Shown here: positions 55,270 to 64,000 of the stretch, piece after piece | Position numbering within the stretch: position 1 is the stretch's first letter | Layout of the letters: each line of letters starts with the position of its first letter | Origin: Bdellovibrionales bacterium | Lineage (GTDB): Bacteria > Bdellovibrionota > Bdellovibrionia > Bdellovibrionales > UBA1609 | Direction of reading: 5' to 3' | Assembly: GCA_965261545.1 (NCBI GenBank) | Contig: CBDHDF010000002.1 | Location: 320,001-384,000, forward strand | Length of the DNA: 64,000 bases | Program-made: the position numbers and the translations under genes | The notes under the pieces: model-generated | Seen by the model: only the letters and a program-made list of their open reading frames with translations | The model's database searches: none | Told to the model about the DNA's origin: nothing

Positions 55270-56686
55270 CAATGCCGTTTCCTTAAGCCACCACACCCCT
55301 CTGCCTCTGCGTTAAGCTATTTCTTTTAAAAGAACTCCCAGCCCTTTTGATAGACCTTTCATAGCTTCTTTTGAAGTGCCTCCTCTTCTCCATTGAAATC
55401 TTCATCAGCAACTTTATCTGCTTCCTAAATTTCTGATAGAGCCCCGCAACAAAAAGGGGGATGCTATCCATTATGAAATCAAGAATCAGTTTAAAGTTAG
55501 GTTTTTTGTAGTCATTTTTTACCAACTGATTCACACTGTCTTCATCCTCATTTATGCTCATTTGAATCTTTGTATAATTGAAGAGCCAAAAATAAGAATA
55601 CAGCTCTTGCAATATTCCATTAAGGCTTGTTGAGTGCCACTGCTCCATTTTCATTGTCGATGTAAAATCACGAAATGTCGTTTCTATTTCCCAACGACGA
55701 GAGTAAAGAGCAACCATATCCTTCTTGTCCAAGGAGCCATGCGGAAGATTAGTGGCCAAAACAGAGAACTCCCCAGTCTTTGGGTTTTTATACTTATAGA
55801 GATGAATGACCACCCCCTCAATAACCATTTGTGAATACCAACCTGGGCCATTAAATAAATTTACGATGGGGATAAAAGTAGAGCCTCGCTTACAACGCGC
55901 AATAAAGAAGTTACTGGCTTGAGCATGGGCCTTAATAATCTCTGTAGATAAATAAAGCCTATCGTAGAGAGTTATGCTATTACTCTCAAAACTACCTATC
56001 ATTTGAATAGCATTGGCGATTTCGTTGAGAGCGGGAGAAAAGCAAAGATTCTTTGTCACACCCGATAAAACGTCATAAGCATGAGATAGATACATACGTA
56101 AGAAATGAGTTTCCATCTCATTTGGGCAAGGGTACCCACAATAACCCTCCTTTAAAAGATCTTTAGAGCGAGGAAGTGCTAATTGGTCGCCATCTATGGC
56201 ATAGATATAAAAACCATGAAACGTTTTTCTCAATGGTTCGTAGTCTGTAATCAGAGATTCAAAGATATCTTTGAAAAATAGGTAAGAAATACTTTGACGT
56301 ATCTTGCTGAGACTGCTTTTGACTGGCATGAGAAGCAGGTCACCAAAATGAGTCCATACCGTCTTAAGAGCGATTTGGTAGCCTTCGTAATTTGTTCCGG
56401 AAATAAGATAGATAATGGTAAAAAAGAAAATTTGAGGATTAAATTTTCGATTCCTTTTTTGTTTTTCTGGATCGACAAGGTGCTCTGGCTTGAAGGAAGA
56501 ATCAAGTTTTGGTAGAATAAAATGGTCATCTGTGACGCGAACTCGTCATTTGGGGGCTTTCGAGATCAATATTGGATTGCATGTGACTTACTCCTTGGTT
56601 GAGGGTTGGGTGTAAAATAAAACAAGTCTTATTCTTGTCGATTTATCTAATGATTTCAAGAGATTTTTCTTAAGGAAACGGCATTG
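55270..56686 (-). mobile_element. IS4-family copy 3 (1417 bp)
   Basis: Same TIR; TSD ATTCAAGGGG (same site as copy 1, opposite orientation). Confidence 0.95.
55283..56329 (-). CDS. IS4-family transposase
   Basis: Near-identical to the other copies. Confidence 0.88.
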   Translation of the reverse strand: MPVKSSLSKIRQSISYLFFKDIFESLITDYEPLRKTFHGFYIYAIDGDQLALPRSKDLLKEGYCGYPCPNEMETHFLRMYLSHAYDVLSGVTKNLCFSPALNEIANAIQMIGSFESNSITLYDRLYLSTEIIKAHAQASNFFIARCKRGSTFIPIVNLFNGPGWYSQMVIEGVVIHLYKYKNPKTGEFSVLATNLPHGSLDKKDMVALYSRRWEIETTFRDFTSTMKMEQWHSTSLNGILQELYSYFWLFNYTKIQMSINEDEDSVNQLVKNDYKKPNFKLILDFIMDSIPLFVAGLYQKFRKQIKLLMKISMEKRRHFKRSYERSIKRAGSSFKRNSLTQRQRGVVA

Positions 56687-56849
56687 ATTCAAGGGGGCAG
56701 GGAGTTTACAGAGAGAGATTTATATTTTCTCTGGTAAGAAGGAGCAATTTACCTCTTGAACTCTGCGACCCCCATGAATGTTGCTCATGAGCAGCTTGCC
56801 TTTTTGGGCTTGTCGTTGTGTCGGAAAAGAGTTGTTCTCAGGATTTTGT

Positions 56850-58738
56850 GGGACTGTAAAAATAATTGTGTAACTGCAATTTTTTTCTTAAATCTTAAAG
56901 CCACTTATGTGGCTCCACTCCTGGTAAAAAGCACAGTCCCATATTATTCGTCAATGTATAATTGACATTTTTTCCTTCAAGCGATTTTGTCAGTCACAAT
57001 GCATTATAAGTTAATGGGGAGGTGGACATCTTCGCTGGTCTATATAATTGGCCTCTTTAGTTACTCTGGACTTTTGATTGTATTATGGAGCCGTAATGGG
57101 ATCATATCAGAACTGGAAAGAACTCAAATAAATAATTATCATCTTGGTTGAAAAAAAATCAGCAATGGCTCTCTCAAAAAAATGGAAATTCCAATCTCAT
57201 CAAAGGGTTCATGTGTTTAGGTTCCCATACTATATTACCCCCTTTTTTTTATTTTTTTTAACTTAGGATATTCGAGAAATACCAGAATTGGGATGAAATA
57301 TGAAAAAAAATGGGAACCCAAATCTGCACCAAGAGGGCATGTATTTAGGTTCCCATACTATATTACCCTAACCATAGTCTCGGTATTCCAGTACTTCTGT
57401 CAACGCCTTAGAGGGGCTTTTAAGCCCCCTTATAAGGCAGGTGGTGGACCTTATTAAAAAACTTAGTTGTCAAAACGGTCACCGTATTCAATGGCAAACC
57501 TGTTCATGGCTGGCTTCCAGTTGTGTAATGGTCGTGTCCATCGCTTAGAGGCCATTTTTATCGCTAAATATACAACTTTTAAAGCCGACCGATCACTGGG
57601 AAATATCTTACGATTTCTGATCGCCTTGCGGATCACGCTATTTAACGACTCTATGGCGTTTGTGGTATAAAAAATCTTTCTGATTTCATCCGGATAATCG
57701 AAAATAGTGATGAGATTGTCCCAATTCCTACGCCAAGACTTTTCAATATTCGGATACTTTGAAGACCACTTGGTACAAAATTCCTCAAGGGCCTTTTCAG
57801 CTTCTGTCAGAGTCGTAGAGCCATAAATGGACTTGAGGTCTTGGGCGACAGCTTTCATATCCTTGGAAGGGACATAGCGAAGGGAATTGCGGACCATATG
57901 GACAATGCACAGTTGTACTTTAGACTTGGGAAAAGCCGCTGAAATGGCTTGAGGAAAACCTGTAAGACCATCTACAGAAAATATAAATACGTCTTTCAAC
58001 CCTCGATTTTGCAGCTCAGTCAAAACACTCAACCAAAACTTTGAACCCTCATTTTCAGAAATCCATAGGCCCAACAAGTCTTTCTGACCCTCCTCTGTAA
58101 TACCAAGAGCTAGGTAAATCGCCTTATTAATAACTCTCTTGTCTTGATGGACCTTCACCACGATACAGTCCAAAAATACGATAGGGTAAGTGCTATCCAA
58201 GGGGCGGTTCTGCCAAGCCGTAACTTCATCAATAACAGCATCCGTCACGTTGGCTATCACTGAGTGGGATATCTCTGCACCATGGTAGAGGTCTTTGATA
58301 GCTCCTTGAATATCCCTGGTCGTCATTCCCCTCGCATAGAGGGTCAGGATACTGTCTTCAAAGCCCTCAAGACGAGTCTTACCCTTGGGAATGACTTGGG
58401 GCTCAAAGGAGGCACTTCGGTCACGGGGGACCTGAAGCTCCACCTCGCCTTTCTCTCCCTTTATGGTCTTTCTACTGTAACCATTGCGAGTGTTGGATTT
58501 GCGGGTCTCAGACTTCTCATGCCTCTCATAACCTAGGTGATCGTCCATTTCCGCATTAAGAGCTGTCTCTAAAACAACCTTCATCAGTTGACCCGTTATG
58601 TCGGATAAATCCTTTTGGGTCTTGACGTTCTTCGCTAGTTCCTTGCCTATTGTCTTGATATCCATTTTGCCTTCTCCTTTCAGGATGATAGTTCATCCTA
58701 ATATGATTCGGCAGTTACACAAAATAGTTTACAGGCTC
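56850..58738 (-). mobile_element. IS256-family insertion sequence (~1.89 kb)
   Basis: TIRs GGGACTGTAAAAATAATTGTGTAACTGC / GAGCCTGTAAACTATTTTGTGTAACTGC; TSD GATTTTGT (8-9 bp). Confidence 0.92.
57463..58665 (-). CDS. IS256-family (mutator-type) transposase, 400 aa
   Basis: RNGY, VPRDR, YARGMTTRDI, FLDCI, DGLTGF, QLCIVH and YTTNAIESLN motifs. Confidence 0.95.
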   Translation of the reverse strand: MDIKTIGKELAKNVKTQKDLSDITGQLMKVVLETALNAEMDDHLGYERHEKSETRKSNTRNGYSRKTIKGEKGEVELQVPRDRSASFEPQVIPKGKTRLEGFEDSILTLYARGMTTRDIQGAIKDLYHGAEISHSVIANVTDAVIDEVTAWQNRPLDSTYPIVFLDCIVVKVHQDKRVINKAIYLALGITEEGQKDLLGLWISENEGSKFWLSVLTELQNRGLKDVFIFSVDGLTGFPQAISAAFPKSKVQLCIVHMVRNSLRYVPSKDMKAVAQDLKSIYGSTTLTEAEKALEEFCTKWSSKYPNIEKSWRRNWDNLITIFDYPDEIRKIFYTTNAIESLNSVIRKAIRNRKIFPSDRSALKVVYLAIKMASKRWTRPLHNWKPAMNRFAIEYGDRFDN

Positions 58739-58805
58739 GATTTTGTGTTTTTGACTTTTTTACGCAGCTTTTCCACGTCTTTGGAAGTGAGTCTAGTACA
58801 TAGAC

Positions 58806-60222
58806 CAATGCCGTTTCCTTAAGAAAAATCTCTTGAAATCATTAGACAAATCGACAAGAATAAGACTTGTTTTATTTTACACCCAACCCTCAACCAAGGA
58901 GTAAGTCACATGCAATCCAATATTGATCTCGAAAGCCCCCAAATGACGAGTTCGCGTCACAGATGACCATTTTATTCTACCAAAACTTGATTCTTCCTTC
59001 AAGCCAGAGCACCTTGTCGATCCAGAAAAACAAAAAAGGAATCGAAAATTTAATCCTCAAATTTTCTTTTTTACCATTATCTATCTTATTTCAGGAACAA
59101 ATTACGAAGGCTACCAAATCGCTCTTAAGACGGTATGGACTCATTTTGGTGACCTGCTTCTCATGCCAGTCAAAAGCAGTCTCAGCAAGATACGTCAAAG
59201 TATTTCTTACCTATTTTTCAAAGATATCTTTGAATCTCTGATTACAGACTACGAACCATTGAGAAAAACGTTTCATGGTTTTTATATCTATGCCATAGAT
59301 GGCGACCAATTAGCACTTCCTCGCTCTAAAGATCTTTTAAAGGAGGGTTATTGTGGGTACCCTTGCCCAAATGAGATGGAAACTCATTTCTTACGTATGT
59401 ATCTATCTCATGCTTATGACGTTTTATCGGGTGTGACAAAGAATCTTTGCTTTTCTCCCGCTCTCAACGAAATCGCCAATGCTATTCAAATGATAGGTAG
59501 TTTTGAGAGTAATAGCATAACTCTCTACGATAGGCTTTATTTATCTACAGAGATTATTAAGGCCCATGCTCAAGCCAGTAACTTCTTTATTGCGCGTTGT
59601 AAGCGAGGCTCTACTTTTATCCCCATCGTAAATTTATTTAATGGCCCAGGTTGGTATTCACAAATGGTTATTGAGGGGGTGGTCATTCATCTCTATAAGT
59701 ATAAAAACCCAAAGACTGGGGAGTTCTCTGTTTTGGCCACTAATCTTCCGCATGGCTCCTTGGACAAGAAGGATATGGTTGCTCTTTACTCTCGTCGTTG
59801 GGAAATAGAAACGACATTTCGTGATTTTACATCGACAATGAAAATGGAGCAGTGGCACTCAACAAGCCTTAATGGAATATTGCAAGAGCTGTATTCTTAT
59901 TTTTGGCTCTTCAATTATACAAAGATTCAAATGAGCATAAATGAGGATGAAGACAGTGTGAATCAGTTGGTGAAAAATGACTACAAAAAACCTAACTTTA
60001 AACTGATTCTTGATTTCATAATGGATAGCATCCCTCTTTTTGTTGCGGGGCTCTATCAGAAATTTAGGAAGCAGATAAAGTTGCTGATGAAGATTTCAAT
60101 GGAGAAGAGGAGGCACTTCAAAAGAAGCTATGAAAGGTCTATCAAAAGGGCTGGGAGTTCTTTTAAAAGAAATAGCTTAACGCAGAGGCAGAGGGGTGTG
60201 GTGGCTTAAGGAAACGGCATTG
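58806..60222 (+). mobile_element. IS4-family copy 4 (1417 bp)
   Basis: Same TIR; TSD GTACATAGAC. Confidence 0.95.
59163..60209 (+). CDS. IS4-family transposase
   Basis: Near-identical to the other copies. Confidence 0.88.
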   Translation: MPVKSSLSKIRQSISYLFFKDIFESLITDYEPLRKTFHGFYIYAIDGDQLALPRSKDLLKEGYCGYPCPNEMETHFLRMYLSHAYDVLSGVTKNLCFSPALNEIANAIQMIGSFESNSITLYDRLYLSTEIIKAHAQASNFFIARCKRGSTFIPIVNLFNGPGWYSQMVIEGVVIHLYKYKNPKTGEFSVLATNLPHGSLDKKDMVALYSRRWEIETTFRDFTSTMKMEQWHSTSLNGILQELYSYFWLFNYTKIQMSINEDEDSVNQLVKNDYKKPNFKLILDFIMDSIPLFVAGLYQKFRKQIKLLMKISMEKRRHFKRSYERSIKRAGSSFKRNSLTQRQRGVVA

Positions 60223-62108
60223 GTACATAGACAAATCGCTTCTACCTCAAAGCCATTTTGAATCATTCGTAATGCCATCTCTTCACGACCCTCTTCACGA
60301 CCCTCTTCACGACCCTCTTCACGACCCTCTTCACGACCCTTTTCAAGACCCTTCTTAAGGCCCTTTTCCTCAGCTTCATCCAAAGAACATTGCAATGCTG
60401 ACATAACTCTTTGATCCTCCTCGATACTTTCTTTTTCAATCTTACTGAGCACACTTAGCGTGAAATTTGAATCGTTTCGGTGGATATAATCCACCGCCTT
60501 TTGAATAAGGAACTTTTGATCCTTCTCACCCAAGTTTGTACCCATCTGAAACAACTCCACAATGGTCTCATGGCGAAGCTTCCAGATACTACTCATTATA
60601 AGAAAAATCGGCCTAGAAAGCAAATTCCTGCCAACTCCACGGTAAAGGTTTATATCATGGATATTCAACAACTTACAACGAAAATTGAGGATATTCTTCC
60701 CAAATTTTTGTCTTAAAACGGGAGTGAGCCCATCCAGAGAATCTTGAAAATTCAGGGGGCCTCTCCAGTGTTTTTGTCGTCCGTGATAGACCAGTATGGG
60801 AATGACTGGGTAATTCCAACGATTGTAAACAAGAGTCTGGTACCTCAGAATCTGCTGGAGTACTTGAGAATCCTGATGACTTTTGTGTTCGAGCAGAAAA
60901 AAAAGACGCACTCGTTTTTTGGACCCCTTGACTTGAACTGAGAATAAAAGGTCAATACGCCGCTCATTGCCCTCTTCATCTGTAAAGACAGTTATTTCTG
61001 GTTTGAGAGTTTTCCAGTTAAAGAGCTTAAACTCCTGTGTCGTCAAGACAAGACGGAAAATGTCTAGGCAATATCTCTCATTCAGGAAAGTTTCATTGAA
61101 TAGAGCATTATGGGCCTGAGACTGTTGTTTTCTTTTTTCTGAGGTTTTCTTTGGCAACAATGTCAGTCTTTCAAGTGAAGAGGGTTTAAGATGGGGTGGT
61201 TTAAGAAGATTATGGACAAGTGTATGAGTATGAGCAAGTGAGCGGAGTTATCTGTTCATAAATCATCAAGACAAGATAAAAGGGGGTGGGTTCTCCGGTC
61301 AAGTCAGATCAAGTCAGAAAGTGGATTGGGGATGGTACCTCTAGTGAAATTACATCCCATGATGACAGCGATATCACTCATACCTAGCCGATTCAGGAGA
61401 CCATACCGTCATTATTTGGGGGGAGCTTGAGGCTTGGTATTTCAACAACAACATAGAAAAAGTGTGAGTTCTGACTGGATATAAAATTTACTTGCAAGGC
61501 ACTGTCGAGGCTCATGCCCTTTTACCTATATTTTTATATCCAGTCAGAACTCACGAAAAAGTTTCAGATTTGAATTTTTACAAGATTTATAATTCCCGTG
61601 AGGTGGATGTGATTATCAAGATCAACTCCTCTTTCGTCCATGAGATTTTCCACCCCACTCTCAATAAAGAAGCTTATGGAGCCTTTTACAGTGAGGAGTC
61701 TGTGAATACAGCGATTTACTGAGCCCTTTATACAGGAGAGCGCTCCGCTTGAAGAGTTATGGGAACGACAAGGACCATAAGAGCCAAAAGAACAGAAAGA
61801 AAAGACTGGAGGAGATTCTAAAAAAGGCGTCTTGTGATGAGAAAACAAAGTACCGCCATTTTCCATGTGCCTTCTTGGTCAAAAAATATAAGTCGGCCCT
61901 TAAGAATATAAATAGCTCTGTGGTCCGAAAGCGTCTGCAGTCTTATTCCATTTTGAGAGATGAGGGACTGATTCCCAAGGATATCAGCTTTATTCAAAAG
62001 GCCATGGAAAATTTGCCCCCCATTGAGAAGAAGAAAGCGGTTTTGCCCGTGGCCAATATGGTTGTCATGGAGCTTGTCAAAGAGGGGGAGTTTGACCTTG
62101 CCAAGACT

Positions 62109-63519
62109 CAATGCCGTTTCCTTAAGAAAAATCTCTTGAAATCATTAGATAAATCGACAAGAATAAGACTTGTTTTATTTTACACCCAACCCTCAACCAA
62201 GGAGTAAGTCACATGCAATCCAATATTGATCTCGAAAGCCCCCAAATGACGAGTTCGCGTCACAGATGACCATTTTATTCTACCAAAACTTGATTCTTCC
62301 TTCAAGCCAGAGCACCTTGTCGATCCAGAAAAACAAAAAAGGAATCGAAAATTTAATCCTCAAATTTTCTTTTTTACCATTATCTATCTTATTTCAGGAA
62401 CAAATTACGAAGGCTACCAAATCGCTCTTAAGACGGTATGGACTCATTTTGGTGACCTGCTTCTCATGCCAGTCAAAAGCAGTCTCAGCAAGATACGTCA
62501 AAGTATTTCTTACCTATTTTTCAAAGATATCTTTGAATCTCTGATTACAGACTACGAACCATTGAGAAAAACGTTTCATGGTTTTTATATCTATGCCATA
62601 GATGGCGACCAATTAGCACTTCCTCGCTCTAAAGATCTTTTAAAGGAGGGTTATTGTGGGTACCCTTGCCCAAATGAGATGGAAACTCATTTCTTACGTA
62701 TGTATCTATCTCATGCTTATGACGTTTTATCGGGTGTGACAAAGAATCTTTGCTTTTCTCCCGCTCTCAACGAAATCGCCAATGCTATTCAAATGATAGG
62801 TAGTTTTGAGAGTAATAGCATAACTCTCTACGATAGGCTTTATTTATCTACAGAGATTATTAAGGCCCATGCTCAAGCCAGTAACTTCTTTATTGCGCGT
62901 TGTAAGCGAGGCTCTACTTTTATCCCCATCGTAAATTTATTTAATGGCCCAGGTTGGTATTCACAAATGGTTATTGAGGGGGTGGTCATTCATCTCTATA
63001 AGTATAAAAACCCAAAGACTGGGGAGTTCTCTGTTTTGGCCACTAATCTTCCGCATGGCTCCTTGGACAAGAAGGATATGGTTGCTCTTTACTCTCGTCG
63101 TTGGGAAATAGAAACGACATTTCGTGATTTTACATCGACAATGAAAATGGAGCAGTGGCACTCAACAAGCCTTAATGGAATATTGCAAGAGCTGTATTCT
63201 TATTTTTGGCTCTTCAATTATACAAAGATTCAAATGAGCATAAATGAGGATGAAGACAGTGTGAATCAGTTGGTGAAAAATGACTACAAAAAACCTAACT
63301 TTAAACTGATTCTTGATTTCATAATGGATAGCATCCCTCTTTTTGTTGCGGGGCTCTATCAGAAATTTAGGAAGCAGATAAAGTTGCTGATGAAGATTTC
63401 AATGGAGAAGAGGAGGCACTTCAAAAGAAGCTATGAAAGGTCTATCAAAAGGGCTGGGAGTTCTTTTAAAAGAAATAGCTTAACGCAGAGGGGTGTGGTG
63501 GCTTAAGGAAACGGCATTG
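62109..63519 (+). mobile_element. IS4-family copy 5 (1411 bp)
   Basis: Same TIR; TSD TGCCAAGACT. Confidence 0.95.
62466..63506 (+). CDS. IS4-family transposase
   Basis: Near-identical to the other copies. Confidence 0.88.
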   Translation: MPVKSSLSKIRQSISYLFFKDIFESLITDYEPLRKTFHGFYIYAIDGDQLALPRSKDLLKEGYCGYPCPNEMETHFLRMYLSHAYDVLSGVTKNLCFSPALNEIANAIQMIGSFESNSITLYDRLYLSTEIIKAHAQASNFFIARCKRGSTFIPIVNLFNGPGWYSQMVIEGVVIHLYKYKNPKTGEFSVLATNLPHGSLDKKDMVALYSRRWEIETTFRDFTSTMKMEQWHSTSLNGILQELYSYFWLFNYTKIQMSINEDEDSVNQLVKNDYKKPNFKLILDFIMDSIPLFVAGLYQKFRKQIKLLMKISMEKRRHFKRSYERSIKRAGSSFKRNSLTQRGVVA

Positions 63520-64000
63520 TGCCAAGACTTGGATCCACAAGCTTGAATCTGAGGGTTTTCTCACGCCCGATGAGTCCCAAGGAATCATCAAAGGACTGGA
63601 GCAGAATATCCAAAAGATTCAAGAGGTTCGGGAGATGATGGCTGCTTCGCCCGTATGATAACCCTTCTGGGGTGTAATTCATGGGGGCGCCTTGCTCCCC
63701 ACCCACGCCCATGAATGTTACCTTGGGGCATTGGGGACTTCGGGGGTGACCCATTCAACCGAAATAGACAGAGAAAGTCATGTAGGGGGCCATACACCTT
63801 CTTGGCTGATTGGCTCATTCAGTTTTACAATCTGATCCCTTCAAAAGATAACACCACACCTCCTTAGGAATTTGTGGAGATGGTGGGGGTGGTGGGTATG
63901 GGAGCGATTCTTGCATATGTGCTTGTGAGGAGATATAAGTTTTATTGAGGCCCTAAAATGGCCGATTTTAATCCATTCACCCGTTCATTTGATCATTCGA

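Larger units (their letters stand above)
56838..61160 (-). pseudogene. Rpn copy R7, 3' end interrupted by IS4 and IS256 (ORF 60177-61160 keeps the nuclease domain)
   Basis: Native stop at 56838-56840; tail pieces at 56838-56849 and 58739-58805. Confidence 0.88.
61492..63658 (+). pseudogene. Spermidine-synthase-like 3' fragment S7, frameshifted and interrupted by IS4
   Basis: Resumes after the TSD at 63520 and ends ASPV* at 63658. Confidence 0.85.
22020..64000. repeat. Head-to-tail tandem array of a ~3.4-kb unit (coiled-coil nuclease + Rpn + spermidine-synthase 3' fragment); 7 units plus the start of an 8th
   Basis: Near-identical genes and intergenic sequences recur. Unit period is 3389 bp (22364 to 25753) and 3501 bp (42654 to 46155). 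Units 3 and 7 carry an extra nuclease gene. Confidence 0.95.

Noticed and set aside
22020..64000. Diversity-generating retroelement, shufflon or integron as the source of variation
   Set aside because: No reverse transcriptase or tyrosine/serine recombinase is present, all units share one orientation, and substitutions are not adenine-specific.
22020..64000. Whole array as a mis-assembly
   Set aside because: Units carry private IS insertions with exact TSDs and distinct repeat counts. Exact copy number and order still need read confirmation.

Overview
Bacterial window with a Myxococcota/Bdellovibrionota-type PilA; the taxonomy is inferred, not shown. It has two halves. Bases 1-22 kb carry no recognisable insertion sequences (IS) and encode surface functions: a PKD/Ig-like protein running off the left edge, a 2699-aa secreted protein built from four [Ig-like + RCC1 propeller + PKD] modules, a type IV pilin, and a divergent putative surface-modification cluster. 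That cluster has two membrane-fused spermidine-synthase/methyltransferase-like genes, a SAM methyltransferase, a GT-C-like membrane protein and a GtrB/ArnC-like GT2. Bases ~22-64 kb (continuing past the right edge) are a head-to-tail array of a ~3.4-kb unit: [coiled-coil + PD-(D/E)XK nuclease gene ->][<- Rpn-family PD-(D/E)XK nuclease gene][91-bp MITE + 3' fragment of the upstream spermidine-synthase-like gene]. There are 9 coiled-coil nuclease copies and 7 Rpn copies. Copies differ in the number of in-frame internal repeats (54/21 bp and 12 bp), in an upstream 8-bp VNTR, and in mosaic SNP haplotypes. Ten later IS/MITE insertions interrupt the array, each with TIRs and a TSD read directly from the sequence: 5x IS4, an IS1634 with a nested IS5/ISNCY-like element, ISL3, IS256 and a 598-bp IS1634-type MITE. 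Family assignments come from motif recognition only; no database search was run. Some homopolymer frameshifts may be consensus errors.
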